This document shows, piece after piece, positions 1-14,700 of a stretch of DNA of 64,000 bases. Origin of the DNA: Cenococcum geophilum (lineage: Eukaryota); the NCBI GenBank assembly GCA_050273025.1, contig CP158635.1, positions 2,976,001 through 3,040,000 on the forward strand. The letters are read 5' to 3'. The notes under the pieces were generated by a model. It searched no databases, had not been told where the DNA came from, and saw only the letters and a program-made list of their open reading frames with translations. The position numbers and the translations under genes are program-made. The stretch's first letter is position 1; every line of letters begins with the position of its first letter.

Positions 1-1845
1 AAGGAGGAGCTAGGCCCTCTTTATATGGGGATTCCTGGCTTATATAAAGCATTCTTTAGAGGAGTAAAAGGTCTTAAAGAGGTAAGCGCTGCCGTTTTTA
101 AGAAATGTAAGGAAGGGGACAATTCACTATATGCTGAGGGCGGCTGGCGTAACTGGCCTGAAGGCGCGAAAGAATGTAAAGTCTTAAAGTGGTTTAATAA
201 GCTAATTATATCATTTCTAGACTTTATAAAGGAGTACGGGTTCGTTCTAAAGGCACGATAAAGACTAGTAAAGTATACTTAGTAGCCCTTATAAGGATCT
301 ACGGCCGACTAAAAGCTAGATATCGGCTTTATAAATAATCTAATAGCTAGCGAAAGCTCCTAATGCTATTAGTTGTATATACTTATACTAGGAGAGCTAA
401 AGAGTAATCTAAACACTAATATAGCCTCAAAAGCATGGTTTGACTTAGGGAAATATATAAGGGAAGTATTTGCCGCTTAGGATAGTCGTTGCTTTATTCT
501 AAGCTTTACCCTTTATAAATCTATTATGCGGTTATAGGAGTATAACCAGGTAGGAGGTATTATATTATCGCTATTTAATATTAATAAGGACGGACTACAA
601 TTTACCTTAGCAATATTGGGATTTCTCTAAATAAATAAGGAGCAGCTTGGGTTTAACCCTACAATTTTAATATCGGACGGTAAACGGTATATTAAAATTA
701 TACGTAACAACTAGACTAAGTGTCTTATCCTTAACGAACTTATAAAACAGGCACGCTATATTGCTAGTCAAGCGACTACTTACTAGAAAGTACACCGTAA
801 GGGGACACCTAAGATACCCCTTATTATTAAAGACTCGTAGCAGTACTTAGAGCGCAAGGAAGAAGGCAAACTACTACATAAGATATTAGAGAAGGGAGTA
901 GTTAACGTAGCTAGGTACTATCACTATAAGACTATTCGCGTAAGTGGATAAGATAATAACATCTTTAATATTCGCAAGGGGCTGGATATTACAAAAGCAA
1001 CAAACTATAAGCCAGAAAGTTTAATAATGCCTCTGAGACTAGCTAGAGTATAAGGAAGTATAAGAAAAGGTTAAAGTTCTAGCAGAAAGAGGTCTTCTAG
1101 CTATAGCGCCCTATTACCGCCCGGTAAGCGCCTATATTCGACCTTTTTAACTAAGTACCCTATTATATAGAATCGCGTATACTGACACGTTATTACTAGT
1201 GACTATAGGAAGCCTCTTTATAAGGCAAGCTCTTGGGCTGCAATACTTACTATACTAAAGGGTGGTATTAAAGGATATAAATCTTTATATACGTAGGCCG
1301 GCATTATCTAATATAACATTTTAATAGGCAACCTTATAATAAACGAGGAAGATAACAATCCTTTTTAGCCGGCATTCTTAATTGACTTCAATCTCGCGAT
1401 TAAAGAGAAGTAAGAAGGACCTTTAGGAGTATAGGGTAAGACTAATACGAGAGTGTTTATAGCTATAGGAGTGCTTCTAGGCGAGAAATACTCCTTTAGG
1501 CATAATCTGGAATTGTTCTTTTAGGTGCTTTTCTAAATATGCGTACATTATAATGGGTTAGGTAAAGATATCGGTCTAACTAAGTTTAAGTATTGGAACT
1601 ATAAGAATACTATAAAGCTAGCTAAGTTAAAATCGGGGCTAATAGGTAGAGAAGGCCATTTTCTTAACCGTATAGCTAAGGCATTTATACCCTACTACCA
1701 ACCGCTAAAGCCGTGGGTTAATAGGCTGCGGAAGGTGGTTTTCCTAATAGACGGGAAGTGGGAGAAGGAAGATAGGGCGCTTTATTCCTAGATAAAAGAG
1801 ATTCTTTAGTAAGTATAAAAGGATTTAAAGGTATTAGCAGAGTAG
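1..1845 (+). pseudogene. Fungal-type protein kinase (FunK1/Pkinase_fungal), RIP-inactivated, 5' end outside window
   Basis: Frame reads ...DYRKPLYKASS...AGII*YNILIGNLII (H-R/C-DISIGN-like)...AFLIDFNLAIK...GKTNTRVFIAIGVLLGEKYSFRHNLELFF*VLF*IC...FIPYYQPLKPWVNRLRKVVF, typical FunK1 motifs; in-frame TAA/TAG fit RIP. Confidence 0.88.
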
Positions 1846-2094
1846 ATAAAATAACATTTTATTGCCCTGTACTCTTTCACTACACAAGTTAAAGGTTTGC
1901 AGAGATTTGGGCGGCTAAGGCTAGGTAGCAGCCTTAGTTAAAACGCATATAAAATAGCATAAGGTGGGCTAAATAAACCTAGGAAAGCGGATAACCTATC
2001 CTATATAGGCTTTATATTTCCACAAAATATATAATCTACTCCCTAGCCTATTAAAAGCCGCCTTATGCCGCTTAAATAAAAGCCGTAGGAGAAT

Positions 2095-2480
2095 TAATCC
2101 CTTACTTTAGCCAATCCCTTATTTAAATAAGTCCCCTACTTAAACAAATCCCCTACGGGAGCCAATGCCTACGTGTTTCGCCGCCCTATGGGAACTAATC
2201 CCCTACTCTTAATAATCTCCTATAGGATCTAATCCCCTACTCTAATAAATCCCCTACGCTAATAAATCCCCTATAGGATCTAGTCCCCTACTCTAAAGAA
2301 TCCCCTACGCTAATAAATCCCCTACGCTAACGAATCCCCTACGGGTACTAATACCTACATATTCCACCGCCCTATAGAAACCAATCCCCTACGGCTTGCA
2401 TTCCTATATAGCTTTTACTCCCCTATAGGAGCCCATAGCTACATTTTCCTCTCCCCTACGGGAACCAATACCCTACGGCT
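2095..2480. repeat. ~17-bp-period array with conserved core ATCCCCTAC and variable spacers
   Basis: Core recurs at about 2232, 2249, 2266, 2283, 2300, 2317 and 2334, with degenerate copies either side (~17 in total). Confidence 0.85.
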
Positions 2481-2599
2481 TCCGTTCTCCTATTCTTAGG
2501 TCTACTAGCAATTCGCTCGCGCCATAGCCTACCATATAGGTCTTATTATTATAGGAGTAAGTAAGTATATAGGTTTATGCCCTATACGGGAATCTTAAA

Positions 2600-3560
2600 A
2601 GTAAATCACTTTTTGCTATAGAAACCCGCTTACGTAACCAACTCTATTTAGTAATATTAGATTCTATGTTTTAAGATCCTCCTTATAAAGGTAGCTCTTG
2701 CATTAGCTAAGTAAAACTTAAAGACAATATCTGCCCGGCTAAGTCTTCGTCCTTACAACGCTGTAGCTTACGCTTTACCTATTCTATAGCTTCCTCTCCG
2801 TTTTCTATCCTTTTAACTATATCTAATAGCACTTTGCCTAGCTTCTGCGACCCATTTAAAAGGAAAATCCTAAGTAGAGTAAACCGTCTCCTATATAGGG
2901 GGGAAGCGCTTAAAGTAGGGCGGAAACTAATTATGTCTAAGACCTATAAAACTGTTAACTTATAAAAAGCCATATTATTTATAATATTTACCTTAACTTG
3001 CTTAAGTTGGTCATTAAAGGAGACCTATTTAAAGAATTTTTAAGAAGATAGAGCATTTTTTATCCAAAGCCAATTATTCCTATCCTCTACCTTACGTTTT
3101 ACCTGTTTAATTATTTCCAGCCCGCCTTTTATAAGTATGAGATTACCCGAGAATACCGTGCGTTTAACTACTAAACTATTAGAATTAAATATCCCTAAAA
3201 AGATACGTTTGCCGTAATATAGGTGCGGGCTATATTGCTAGCACTGCCGTATATAGCAGAGGGTAAAAATATCTTTAACCTATAAAACTGTTAGACTAAT
3301 ATAACTAAAGGGTATATAGTATCTTTTACCTTAACACTATTATGATCTATACTAGGTTTATTAAAGCCCTATAGGAAATCTTAAGGAGAAACGTAAGGAC
3401 AATCTGGTCTAAGAATTAAATTGTCTTTCGTAATTTCCGGCAGCTTTATTGCAATGTTATTCTTAAGGTAAAAGTGCTAGGTAAGGATAACGACGGGAGT
3501 AAAGGTCTAGTGGCCTCTTTATATAAGACTAGAAGATATATATTTATATACGCCCTATAA
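2600..3560 (-). pseudogene. Hypothetical multi-exon gene with an internally duplicated exon, RIP-inactivated
   Basis: Two GT-AG introns (2944-2991, 3280-3329) maintain one frame; the exons are related (GGLEIIKQVKRKV vs NGEEAIE*VKRKL). Confidence 0.55.
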
Positions 3561-4199
3561 TATACTCTCTTTACCTATAAATATTGAGACAATTTCTATA
3601 AGTCGCCCGCACCTCTTCCGTAAGGCGCGTTAATGCTTAGGCGCGCATTAGTGTGATAACGGTTCTTAGAAACGGGCGGTGTTATATAGGCCCTACCTGA
3701 CCGGAAATTAGCCCTACCAAAAATCAGCCCCGCTAAAGAAAAGTCAGCCCCTTTAAAGGGTCTTTATATCTATTCATTAATACGTCTATTACTTATATTT
3801 TTCTTAGACTTATTATATCCGCACTACAGATAGCTTCTGGCATAGATAGTAGATATTTAAATTACTTACGCGCCTTTTTATTAATACGGAGCCAATCCTT
3901 ATTCTCCTAAAAGGAGGACTTCCCCTTTTATAAAATACCTAACAGTGAAGCAACGTCACCTTATATTTTATTATACGTTAAGGTATTTCTAACGCTAGGT
4001 AGATTAGTAGTATGCTAATAAAAGATATTTAGAAAGTCGCTAGGTAGTATACTGCTAAAATCCTCTATACTACTAAAGACACAGTCTCTATCGAAAACTA
4101 ATATCTAGTATATTATAACAATATAAATAAGGAAATATAGGCGAACCCTAGGGATAGCACGGCAAAGGCTATAATAATATTAGTACTTGGCCTACTAAG

Positions 4200-6150
4200 T
4201 TTAGATAACGGTTTACCAGGGTTTAGGATTTCCGCTAAATATAAATACCCTAAACTTTAAAGCGGCAATATAATGGGCGTACTTAATAATACGCCTTAAC
4301 ACTTTATAGGGAAGGGGGGTGGATATGCTTATATATCTATATAGGTCTATACGGCCGTAGCTTTAGAGGAGCCGTTTAAGGCCGTAGCCTTATAGGAGCT
4401 GTCTAAGGCCGCGGGTTCCTTAGAAGCAGAGTAAAAATGATATTAAAATATACGGGGAGTGCTATATTGCGAATTCTAGTTTAGGTCGAGGCTTGCTATA
4501 TATAGAAATATAGGGTACGAATCGAGCTAGTTATTTATTACTATAGTAGCTAGCGGAGTAATTGGCTGGAGATTAGAATTTGAATTAAGAGGAATTAATA
4601 GAGGATTTAAATAGATTTTAGGAATTAATAGAGGTTTAAAAGGGGGGGGTACTTCTAAATTTAAGTAATAGTCCAGGTTTGCATCGGAAGGAATTAACAG
4701 TGGATTTAAGTAGATTTAAGAAATTAAGGTAGGTTTAAAAGAGAAGGATATCCTAGGGGTCAAGTAATAGCTTAGGTTAAAAGGGATTTCTAAAGGGTAC
4801 AAGTAGATTTTAGGGATTAAGGTAGATCTAAAAGGCAATGGCATTTCGGGAGGGTCTAAATAAAGATTGGCTATACTATATTGGTCCATTAAAGACATTA
4901 GAAATATTTAATCGGAACTCCTATTAGGGACGGCTTATAGACTGCTTATTTTAGATAACTCGCGCCTAGTACGTTTAGTATTAGACTACTTAGTAGTAGT
5001 TAATCTTTTTATACCCCTAGGGCTTTAGATAGCGCTGCTGGCTTTAGGCTGACTTATAGAGTTAGTATTAGCATAACAGAGGTATATATCCTTTAGGTTC
5101 CTCACTAAAGGAGATAATTCCATCTATTTCTAGCACTATAGTTGTGTTTCCATCCAAGCAATTAATATATCGAATTCTTTAGGTGCTATATACCTTTTAA
5201 TACTATTATAGGTTAGTCGTTAATTTAATAAAGGTAATTAAAAACTAATATTATACTAGAATTTAGGTTACAGAGATTAATAAGTACTCTAGGTTTAAAA
5301 CAACTCCATTTCTAGCTAGTAATATCGTTTAGTTTAAGGCGCTCTCCTCCTAATAGATAGGCCATCTCCTGTGCCAAAGCTTTAAATTATTAGCCCTTTT
5401 TAGGCTTATAACCTTCTTTCCTTAATCGCTCTACCTTATTATCTAGCGTCTTAGATAGAATAGACTTTATTAACCTATAACTAACTACATTTTTACCTAC
5501 ATTAAGGATATTAGCTAGGTTACGAATTATTACCTAGTTATTAGCTCCTATTAATTTAATATATAGTTCCTAGAGAGCTTTAAGTAATCCGCCCTTAGCC
5601 AAATTATAAAGCTTAAGGAACTATTTTAATTCACAATTATCTAGAGACTAAATTTTCGTGTAAACTGTAACCAGTCACTCTATAGCTACCGGCGATAAAT
5701 TCTAGCGTTTTTTAGGGGCGGGGCTTTCTCCGTAAAGTAGGTCTAGGCTTTCATTAGGAGGTAGGGTTCCTTATCTTTTAAAAATCCGAAATAATGAAAT
5801 GAATTTAACTATGGCTTTCCTAGTCTCTGGATCTATAGGGGTCGTTAAGGCCTTTAGGGCTTTCGGGGCTTTCGGGGCTTTTAGGGCTTTTAGGGCTTTT
5901 GAGGCTTTTAGGGCTTTCGCGGCTTTTAGGGCTTTCGCGGCTTTTGCGGCTTTTGGGATTACTAGGGTGTTCTAAAGGCCTAAGACCGTCAGGGTTTTAT
6001 TTAAGCTAAGCGCCTCTCTACGGTCGGTAGGTAAGGCCTTTAGAATTTTATCTACTACTCTTTTATAGGCTTTTACCGCTTCGCCTTCGTTAGTAAAGCG
6101 TAGGAATTACATAAATAGCTTAATCTTATTTAACAATAACTATTATCTAT
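4200..6150 (-). pseudogene. Hypothetical protein with KAP/KAA tripeptide repeat, RIP-inactivated
   Basis: Long frame ...EGEAVKAYKRVVDKILKALPTDRREAL...(KAP)n TTPIDPETRKAIVKF...LKLWHRRWPIY; family not recognised. Confidence 0.45.
5850..5955. repeat. 9-bp tandem repeat (GGCTTTCGG-like), coding KAP/KAA on minus strand
   Basis: About 11 degenerate copies of ggcttttag/ggctttcgg/ggctttcgc. Confidence 0.85.
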
Positions 6151-7539
6151 AAGTATCCCTTAGGAGAGAAGCAATAGAAGGTAAACCTACGGTGTAATAA
6201 GGACGGATGGTATAAGCAAGCTATAATAGTGCACTAGGAAGGACTGCTTCTCCATCTTATAGTAAATACTAATTAGCCTTAGAAAGGGAAAGGCTACGGA
6301 ATAGAATTACCGTGGCGCTAAAATCTATTTCACTACACTACTAAAGTAGAGAGGCATTTACGATCCTATAAGTTAGTTAAACTAAAAAAAAAAGGTAATA
6401 GGGTATAAGAGTAAAAGAAGCAGGAAATATTATAGGGGATTATTGTTATAATTGCAACGATAATACCCCTATAATTTTAGCTTAGCGTGCATTAGCCCCT
6501 CGCCTCATTACCCTTAAGACGCCACACTATACTAAACTCCACCACTATAACTTATACTCTAAAGATCTACGATAGAAAACTAAATAGCTAATTAAAGTAA
6601 GGATATGCAGCCGTCTTCCTATTAATTTCTTTTTAACAATATAATAATGCGTCCCGTAAGAATTAAAGGCTAAAACGCCTTAATAAACCTAAGAATACTT
6701 TAAATCTTAAGGGTATAGGATGGAGATAAGTAATATATAAAGCTAATTTCGCCCCATTACGCTAGGGATGTATAATTACCTTCACCGTCTACTGGACCGG
6801 TTGCCTTATCGCCTTCTTCTATAGCTTTTATTCATCACTTCTTTAACTTTACTATTTTTACCGCTCCTTTTAAACCATTCCCTAGTCTGCCCGTTTCTGC
6901 TAGCCATTTACGGCCATTTTATTCTTTAATATAGATGCTACTTCTTTAACAATTAGCTCGCTCTTTTAAGCCGTAATTCGCTAGACCCTATTAGTCGTGG
7001 ACTAGTATATTTAGCAGCCTTTTATAGCCATCACTAGTAGCTAGGATTAAGATTCGAGCTATAGTATATCAATTACTAACCTTGGCCTAAAAGTAAGTGC
7101 CTTATTATACGCCAATATAGATCTAAAAAAGGTGTCTTTAGTTACATTAAAAAGTTATCTTAGATTAACCACTAAGCTTAAAACTTCTTCGCGTTCCGGT
7201 ACTTACTAACTTAAGGGTATATAAGGCTAGCAAACGGAACCTCTAAAGTCGTGTCCTAATACCAGCCTATTAGGGAATTAAATTACTACAGGCCTAAAAG
7301 ACTAATAAACGGCAGGTGCGGGTCTAGGAAATCTTAACCGCCTAAAATACTAACAAGTCGCTCAAATAATTAATGATTTAATGTTAAGTGAAATTCTCTA
7401 CATCTACCTAGATAAGAGGACTGCGGATAAACTCTCTTTTTTCTTAATTTATTCCTTCTCTAAGTCTTAACGGGAGTTCCTTAGTGCTCTTTATAGAAAA
7501 ACTAGAGGGCGATAAATATAGGATGTTATCTATTTACCC

Positions 7540-8960
7540 ACTTTCCTTAAATTAATATATAACCACTCTGGCGCACATACGTTTTAAGTATATTTAATAT
7601 TTCCTATACGGTATCTATTCTAATTAAATTGCAAACTATAATTTAGAGGAATCTCTAAGGCTTAGAGAACTATATTAAAGAGAAAGGTATAGAGAATGTT
7701 TTAAAGTAGAGGCCGCATCTATCCACTATAGACCCTTAATAGTAGTCATTTATATCTAGCTTAGGGAACCAAATCTTTTACCTTAGCACCTTATCTTTAC
7801 ATCTAATGGCATTTGGCAGCGTTAGGCTTATATATATACGTTCCTAGAGGTTAAGTATTAGGTAACACTAAGCAGACATAAAATGCATGATGATGAATTA
7901 GTATAATACGTGCGGCGATAATTCTCAGCTATGCCTACTATACGGAATCCTTTACTAGGTGCTATTTAAAGGAAGAGTGGAATAATAATACTAAAGAACC
8001 TAATTCTATTAGGGGCTACAGCTATTATATCCGCGACGGTCCTAATAGCTCTTATCTAATTAATATTGTGACTTCTCCATATATCTTTTAAGGGTGTATC
8101 TCCTTCTACTACCAATTTTGCTTTTCTTCACTCTCTCCTATAATAGCTACTTATGAAATTCAACCGCTTACGTATAGGGACGTATTTCAAGCAACCTATA
8201 TTATTATTTTAGCTTTTAAAACCTCCCAATCTTTTAAGATTTAGAGACTATATTTTAAAGTATTCCTAATAAATATATACAGCTCCTACGTAGTTAATCT
8301 TATTAATACGTTTCTTAGTTCTACCTTAAGGGTTTATAGTATAAAAAGCCTATATAATAAAAACGAAGCTAAGGTAGTTAAGTCGCCATAGGCCAGGCAA
8401 GATTTAACGGTATTAATTAGCAGAACTATAATTTCTAGCGTCCTTATTATAAGTGGTCTAAAACCCTAGCCACTACCCAAGGAGGGTATTTATACGGTAT
8501 TACTATTTATCTAGTATAAGTTTGCAAGCTAATAAAATAAAGGTACTTTTAACAGCCTCCTAGAGGGTATTAAAAATCTACATTAAGATAAAAACCTAGA
8601 TAATATTAGGTTTTATAAGAAACAAACTCACGCTAAGGGGCATTAGTATAGTTCTTAAGTTATAGGCTTAGGGGCATAGCTAATTTTACGCTAGGTACTC
8701 CTAAGATTGCCCAATAAAAATCTCTACTCTTACTATATACAAGTCTTATTAGAAGTCTAGTCTGGGCGGAATACTTATTAAAATAGTAGTAGAAAAGCAG
8801 GATGAAGAGGGAAAGAAGATATAGGTGTTAGCTATACTAGCAAGCCAACCTATTCTAAGACGCTTTAGGTTTAATATTAAGACCAAGTTAATAAAAGGTC
8901 CGGTAAAGTATTTACACAGTTTCAGTACTTGTAAACTATAGCGCCGCACTATAAACATAT
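7540..8960 (-). pseudogene. Hypothetical protein, RIP-degraded
   Basis: Extended minus-strand frame with mostly TAA/TAG stops; includes ORF 8749-8958; no domain recognised. Confidence 0.3.
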
Positions 8961-10479
8961 AGCTAGGAGACGAAGATTAATATAGGGTATAATAATATAG
9001 AAAACTTACAAGTTACTAGCTGAAACAAAAGATTTATACTTATCTCTTTTTCTATTTAGCATCCCCCAAAATTATAGATAGTATTAAATACTTGATCTAG
9101 TAATAGAATAGAGAAGGTAACTAACCCCTATACGCCCTAAGTGCCGCCTTTAGTTATTTATCGCCTAAGGTTTAGGCGATAACTTATTAGAAAGCCGCTT
9201 AGTTAAGTTATTTAGCGGTAATAATATAGCATTTATATAGCCCGCCTTATTTCTAAGGAATAATATCGTTATAAGCTAGCCTACTCCCACTTTTATCTTC
9301 ATTCTTTTCCATTTTCTTAGATATTTAAGATCATGGCTCCCGTCAGCAGATCCACTTACCCTACCCTCGCCCTCGTTGTAACTGCTTAGTTTTTATAACA
9401 TCCGAACCCTTTTATTATTAAAATAGCGTTATATAGTGCCTTTCTCTGCTTACTTATTATTTTCTTCTAGGTAATATACCTCTCTAAAGAGTTAGTTAAA
9501 GATTTCGAGGTCTAGCACGTCTAGCTTTATTGCGCTAGTATTACTCTTAGTTGGCATTTACAATTGTAGCTTTAATAAAATCACCCTAAATACGCATTTT
9601 CTATTTAGCTATTAGGTCTTGGGTATATAGGTATAATTAGAATAGCAGCGCAAACTACCAAAACGGAAATTAAGGCCGTAAGGTCAACTTTAATATATAA
9701 AGCCCCCCCCAATTTTAGCTATTAGTTTACTGATATATAATATAGTTATACAGGCCTCGCATTGGCCATTTTTAAGATTATATATTATTAAGAGTTCTAT
9801 TTTTGGCATTAGAAAATAGTATAAAGGTAATCTTTCACTCTATAAGCAAATTATTTTTCTAGCTCATACAAAGCGTTAGGGAGGTTTTGCAATCCACGAA
9901 ATAAATTATCCTTCTAACAACTGGGGAAAATATAACTATTATTATTAACTTAGCTATTACACCTCCTCTCGCTTCTATAATATAGCGAGGAGAACCAAAT
10001 TAGCTATAGTAAGCAACTTCTAGCGCTTTAACTCCTCGCAGCAACCCTAGGGCTATTAGTATAAGAAAGATCTAACGTATTAGCTAGGGGCTGCCTAAAT
10101 CGTAACCTTACATGGTTCTTCTATATATTTTATAATATATAATAATAAACCTTATATACGAACTTCTGCAGTATCTCTAAGTTATTACTATGTTTTAATT
10201 TAGCTATAGGCGTACACACTATACGCTTTAGCTTATGGAGAATTTAGGCAGCCCTATATATAGGAAGCCGCTTAGTGCTAGTAGCTCTGCCGTACTTCCC
10301 TCCCATAAATATTTACTTAGTACGCTCTATTTCTATTTCCTATAAATACTTTCCTTCTATAACTAGCAACGAAAATCTATTAATAACTCCCTATAGCAAC
10401 TCCTAGTTATTAAGCTACTAGCTCTATAAGTAACTAAAGGCAAATTATACGCACTAGAGACTTATTATTAGATAAGGCT

Positions 10480-11694
10480 AACGAAAATACTATTAACTCT
10501 TACGTTAATAATATAACGAGCGATATCCAGCCCTATCCTTATCCTCCCCCTTTAGCGGATATTAATAAGGAACTAATACCTACTAGGCTTAACTCTTCTT
10601 ACAGTATTAGGGAGACGGTAATTACTACTAACTCTAGTACTGACGATATAACGACAAGCGTTTAGCCCTATCTTTCTCGCCCTTTAGTAGGTATTAATAA
10701 GAGGCCAATACCTCCTAAGCTTAACTCTCTTAGTAGTATTAGAGCGACGGCGACTCCTTCTAGTATTAGCATGCTAAGCCGGCCCTTTCCCTCTTCTGCG
10801 AATACTAATAAGGACCCGACCTACCCTAGTAATATTTATACCCCCTTTATATGCTCTAGAGTAGAGGATAGGTTTGCTTAAGGCTACTCTAAGGAGGAAC
10901 TAAGCGCACCCTTAACCCCTACGCAATTATTATCTCTTAAATCCCCAACGGATAAGGATGATAAGGCCGAGACAGGGGACTACGTCCTTCAGCCGACCGT
11001 TTTTAGCTTAGCCGTAGGAGCACTAGTTAGGGATAACATTCTTTAGCTAACTGCTTTTAGTTTGGCTAGGGCGTCTAGGGATCCAGAAGTTTATATAAGC
11101 AACTAGTTTACGTTCTTATGGAAGAAAACTAACCGCTATAAGGATTTTGTTAATAGGTTTCTTACAACAGCAGAACTTCATCTTAATAATTATTAAAAGT
11201 TTAGGCTTAAAGCGGTATTAGGATATAGACATCGCGGTATAAAAATCGTCCGCCAGTCATTAGACGATCCTAAACTCCTAAAGTACATTAATATAATCTA
11301 TAGCCCTACTAATAAGTAGATACCGACGGGAATTTCTAAGAATAAAGATAGGCCGGTATTTACGCTTAGCGAAGTGCTAGATAGATCTTATAATAATTCT
11401 CTAAGGCACTAGCGTCCTTTTATACTCGTAGTGTAGACTAAAATAAATAAGGGCAAAGAGGAGATAAGGATAGTCTAGTATTCGTCGCTAGGGGTGGTTA
11501 TTACGCATGCGTTAGATAAGGCCGAAAGAAAAGGGTAGTCACTAAGATACAGTTTCGCGTTTATTGGTTATAAAAAGAATAAGTAGTGTAAAGAAGTCCT
11601 TAAAGCCATTAAAAATTATATGCTAATAGATAGGATATTCGTACTAATCTAGCTATACAATGCATATTCATTTTCCTATAGAAATGCGCCATAA
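10480..11694 (+). pseudogene. Hypothetical protein (Pro/Ser-rich N part, globular C part), RIP-inactivated
   Basis: ~400-codon frame DIQPYPYPPPLAD...FTFLWKKTNRYKDF...PVFTLSEVLDR...YSFAFIGY with only TAA/TAG stops. Confidence 0.5.
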
Positions 11695-11739
11695 ATAGAA
11701 CTTAAGCTAGAAATAGAATTTTAAGCTAAAAAAAACAGC

Positions 11740-14700
11740 ATTACTATTACTGCCGATTCTTCCGCCTAGCAGGCCACCCCCTTTTCTTTTAGACAGTAGG
11801 CTAAGCCTTTAATTTTAAATAGTAATGCCCCTATAGTAACCCAAGACTTCTTTTTAGAAAGCTGTCTTTAATCTAGTCCTATAAAAGATTATTTCTCTTT
11901 TAAATTAGTAAGTAGTGCGTCTTCCTCTTCTATAAATTTCACTCTAGACTTTAGGTTTTAGGCTTTAATTCTAGGGGTTTTGGCTCTTAAGGTTGCTCAA
12001 CTAGGTTAACTAGTAAGTAGAATTATTAAGGAAGAATGTCTACTGCGTATAACCCGTCTTCTTAGCACTTATAAATAACTCGGATTAATTACTTTTCTAA
12101 ATTATTTAAGGCAGCTCCTAGTATCGCTTTATTAGAGTTAGAGCTAGAGGTATATATACTATAGGATCGTGTTTATTACTCTATTAATAAAGCCGTTAAG
12201 GGAGTAAAGCATCTTTAGGGAGCGTAAGGGACCTAGTAGGCGGGCTAGATTATTTTTAGCTTAGCGGATTTTACTAAAGGGGATTAGCTAAGGAGTCTGT
12301 AGATTATTAATATAGGGATATATAAAGGAAACTAAAGGCATAAAGAAGGGTTAAAGAAGAGTTAAAGAAGTGTCTTAAAATAATTTAGGAGCGTGGCTTA
12401 GATCTAAGCTTAGCGCGTCGCCTTATACGATGCCGGTAGGGAAGTAGTTAGGTCATTACCTATAAGAGAGTCCTTTTAGAGACAGTAGGCTTGCCGTAAT
12501 ATAGCGTATAAATATAACTAAAGCAGAAGAAAATACAGACACTATAACTATATAGATGCTACCTATTAATATAATAGCCTAGTAAACCTAGTTCCGTTTA
12601 TTTCTTAGCGTATAAAGGGTAGTATTACTAATTACCACCTTAACTAGTAAAAGAATAACTACTAACCAAAACATAAGAATACGCCTAAGCTACTAACCCC
12701 GCCCTTTCTATACGGCAACTCTACCCTTTACTTTCGCAATTTTAGAAAAAGAGCGCGCCTATAATAATCTAGCTTTAGCTTACCAAATGCGTCTTTAGTA
12801 AGACTTAAGGGCATCTTTAAAATTTAAAAGCCTACTCTTATAAACCCAGGTGGGCTTCCAAACCACTTTATATTTACGCCCTAACTTAGTTATTCTTTCC
12901 CCTAGAATATCGTCGATCTCCTATTCGTCATCTAAGCTTATTTTATTAATTTTATTATTTTTAGTCCTAGTACGACGCTTTACAGTAGGCTCTAGGTTTA
13001 AAACGTCGGAGTTAGAAACTAAGTTTAATAGTAACTTCTGGGTATAAAGGCGATTATATATAGTAGCCCGGTTACAATAATCGCTGTTAAGCGCAGTACT
13101 CTAGTCGGACGTATGCATAGATAAAATTAAAGGGGAAAGGTGAGACCGCTAAAGACGATGCTTTACAGCATGCTTTAATTTCGATCCACCACTAATAGGC
13201 GTTAGCAGTCCTCGTCGCCCTGCACACCTATAGGCCTTATTACCCTTATTGCTATTGCTACTATCGCCATCACTGCTGTTGCCGTCCCTAGCGTCGTCAT
13301 TATCCGTATCGCCGCTGTTGTTATTTCTGTTATTATAGTTCTTAGCCTTACCTTTATCCACAACATTCTCGCCATAGTCATTATTATTGCTATAATTATA
13401 TTCTTTAGTCGAGCCATTAACAACATCGTTAAGAATTTAATTATAATTATTATTAACCTTATATTACAGCGGTCTAATATTATAAGAAGACAAAGATCGC
13501 TAAAGGGAAGGGCTAATAGACCACGTAGTAGAGGCCGCTCGCTCCTTAATACGGTTATCGCTATTATTAAGGCTAAGGGTAGGAGGGCTAAAAGGAGAGT
13601 TCTTCTAGGAAGCTGGTAAGCTTCATTACTTTCTAGGTCGTAGGCTCTTACTACTCTCACTAACGGAAGTATTAATATTATCTGGTTACTTAACGTAATT
13701 AAACCTCCGCTTCTTTAACTTTTAGGCTACTAAAGACTCTTAACTAGTAGCGACTAATATCCTAAGCTCCTGCCTAAATTATGGAACGGTTTTAATGCGA
13801 CGCCCCTTTACTAAACTATCCGTTTAATTACTGTCTGGCGCTAAGTATATGGTATAGTTGCGTATAGGTATATATAGGAGCTCTTCTAGCGCTTCTAACG
13901 AAGGCAGCTCCTTACTATCTTTATCCTTATCACTGTCGTTATTCCTATTATTTACTAGTTATTAGAGAAGGCTATTATAAATTAAAAGGGGAAGTACATA
14001 CCTAATCTATAAGGTATTAGTTAATTATCGGCTTCGCTAGCTTTATCGCCCTTAGCTTCTAAGACTAGATTGGCTATATTATCTTTAATAACTATTAAAT
14101 TTACTACTAGCCGTTAAAACTATATATTTAGAACTGCTAAGGAAAGAGGGAGAGTAGCGGGGTAATTATTAGGATAATTACCTTAACTACTTCTCCTAGA
14201 AACTTAACTGTTATTTCCATCCCCATAGAAATCTTCCTTATTGTCCTTGTTATCCTTATTATTCTTATAATACTTATTATAAGCTTTCTTGTAATTATAT
14301 ATAGGGTCTATAGGCGCTTTATTAGACGGAATCTCCAAATTAAGGCCTTAAGTGGAATAATATGCCATTAAGTGCCTAAGCTTTTAATACTTCTTAGCTT
14401 TTTAGGGGGAAAAGAGGTACTCCTTTATTTCTTTTTTTAGGTTTACTACTCGCGCTCTTCTTAGGGGCTATAATTGTATAGTACTAAGATAAAGCTATTA
14501 ATCTTCTAGGGGGACCAGTATAGAAATTATTCTTATTAAGCAAAATTTCGTAAGGGATACGAAATAAAAATTAAGATAATGCTAACGTTGTTGTTATTAA
14601 AGTTGCTATTGCTTTATAGCTTTTAAAAGCTTTAAGGGGGAATTAAAGGTCTTTTTAAGTGCACGTTAGTTCTCTTTTCGCCGCTAGCTCTTACCTATTG

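Noticed and set aside
2095..2480. CRISPR-like repeat-spacer pattern
   Set aside because: The 9-bp core and ~8-bp spacers are far too short, no cas genes are present, and the context is eukaryotic.
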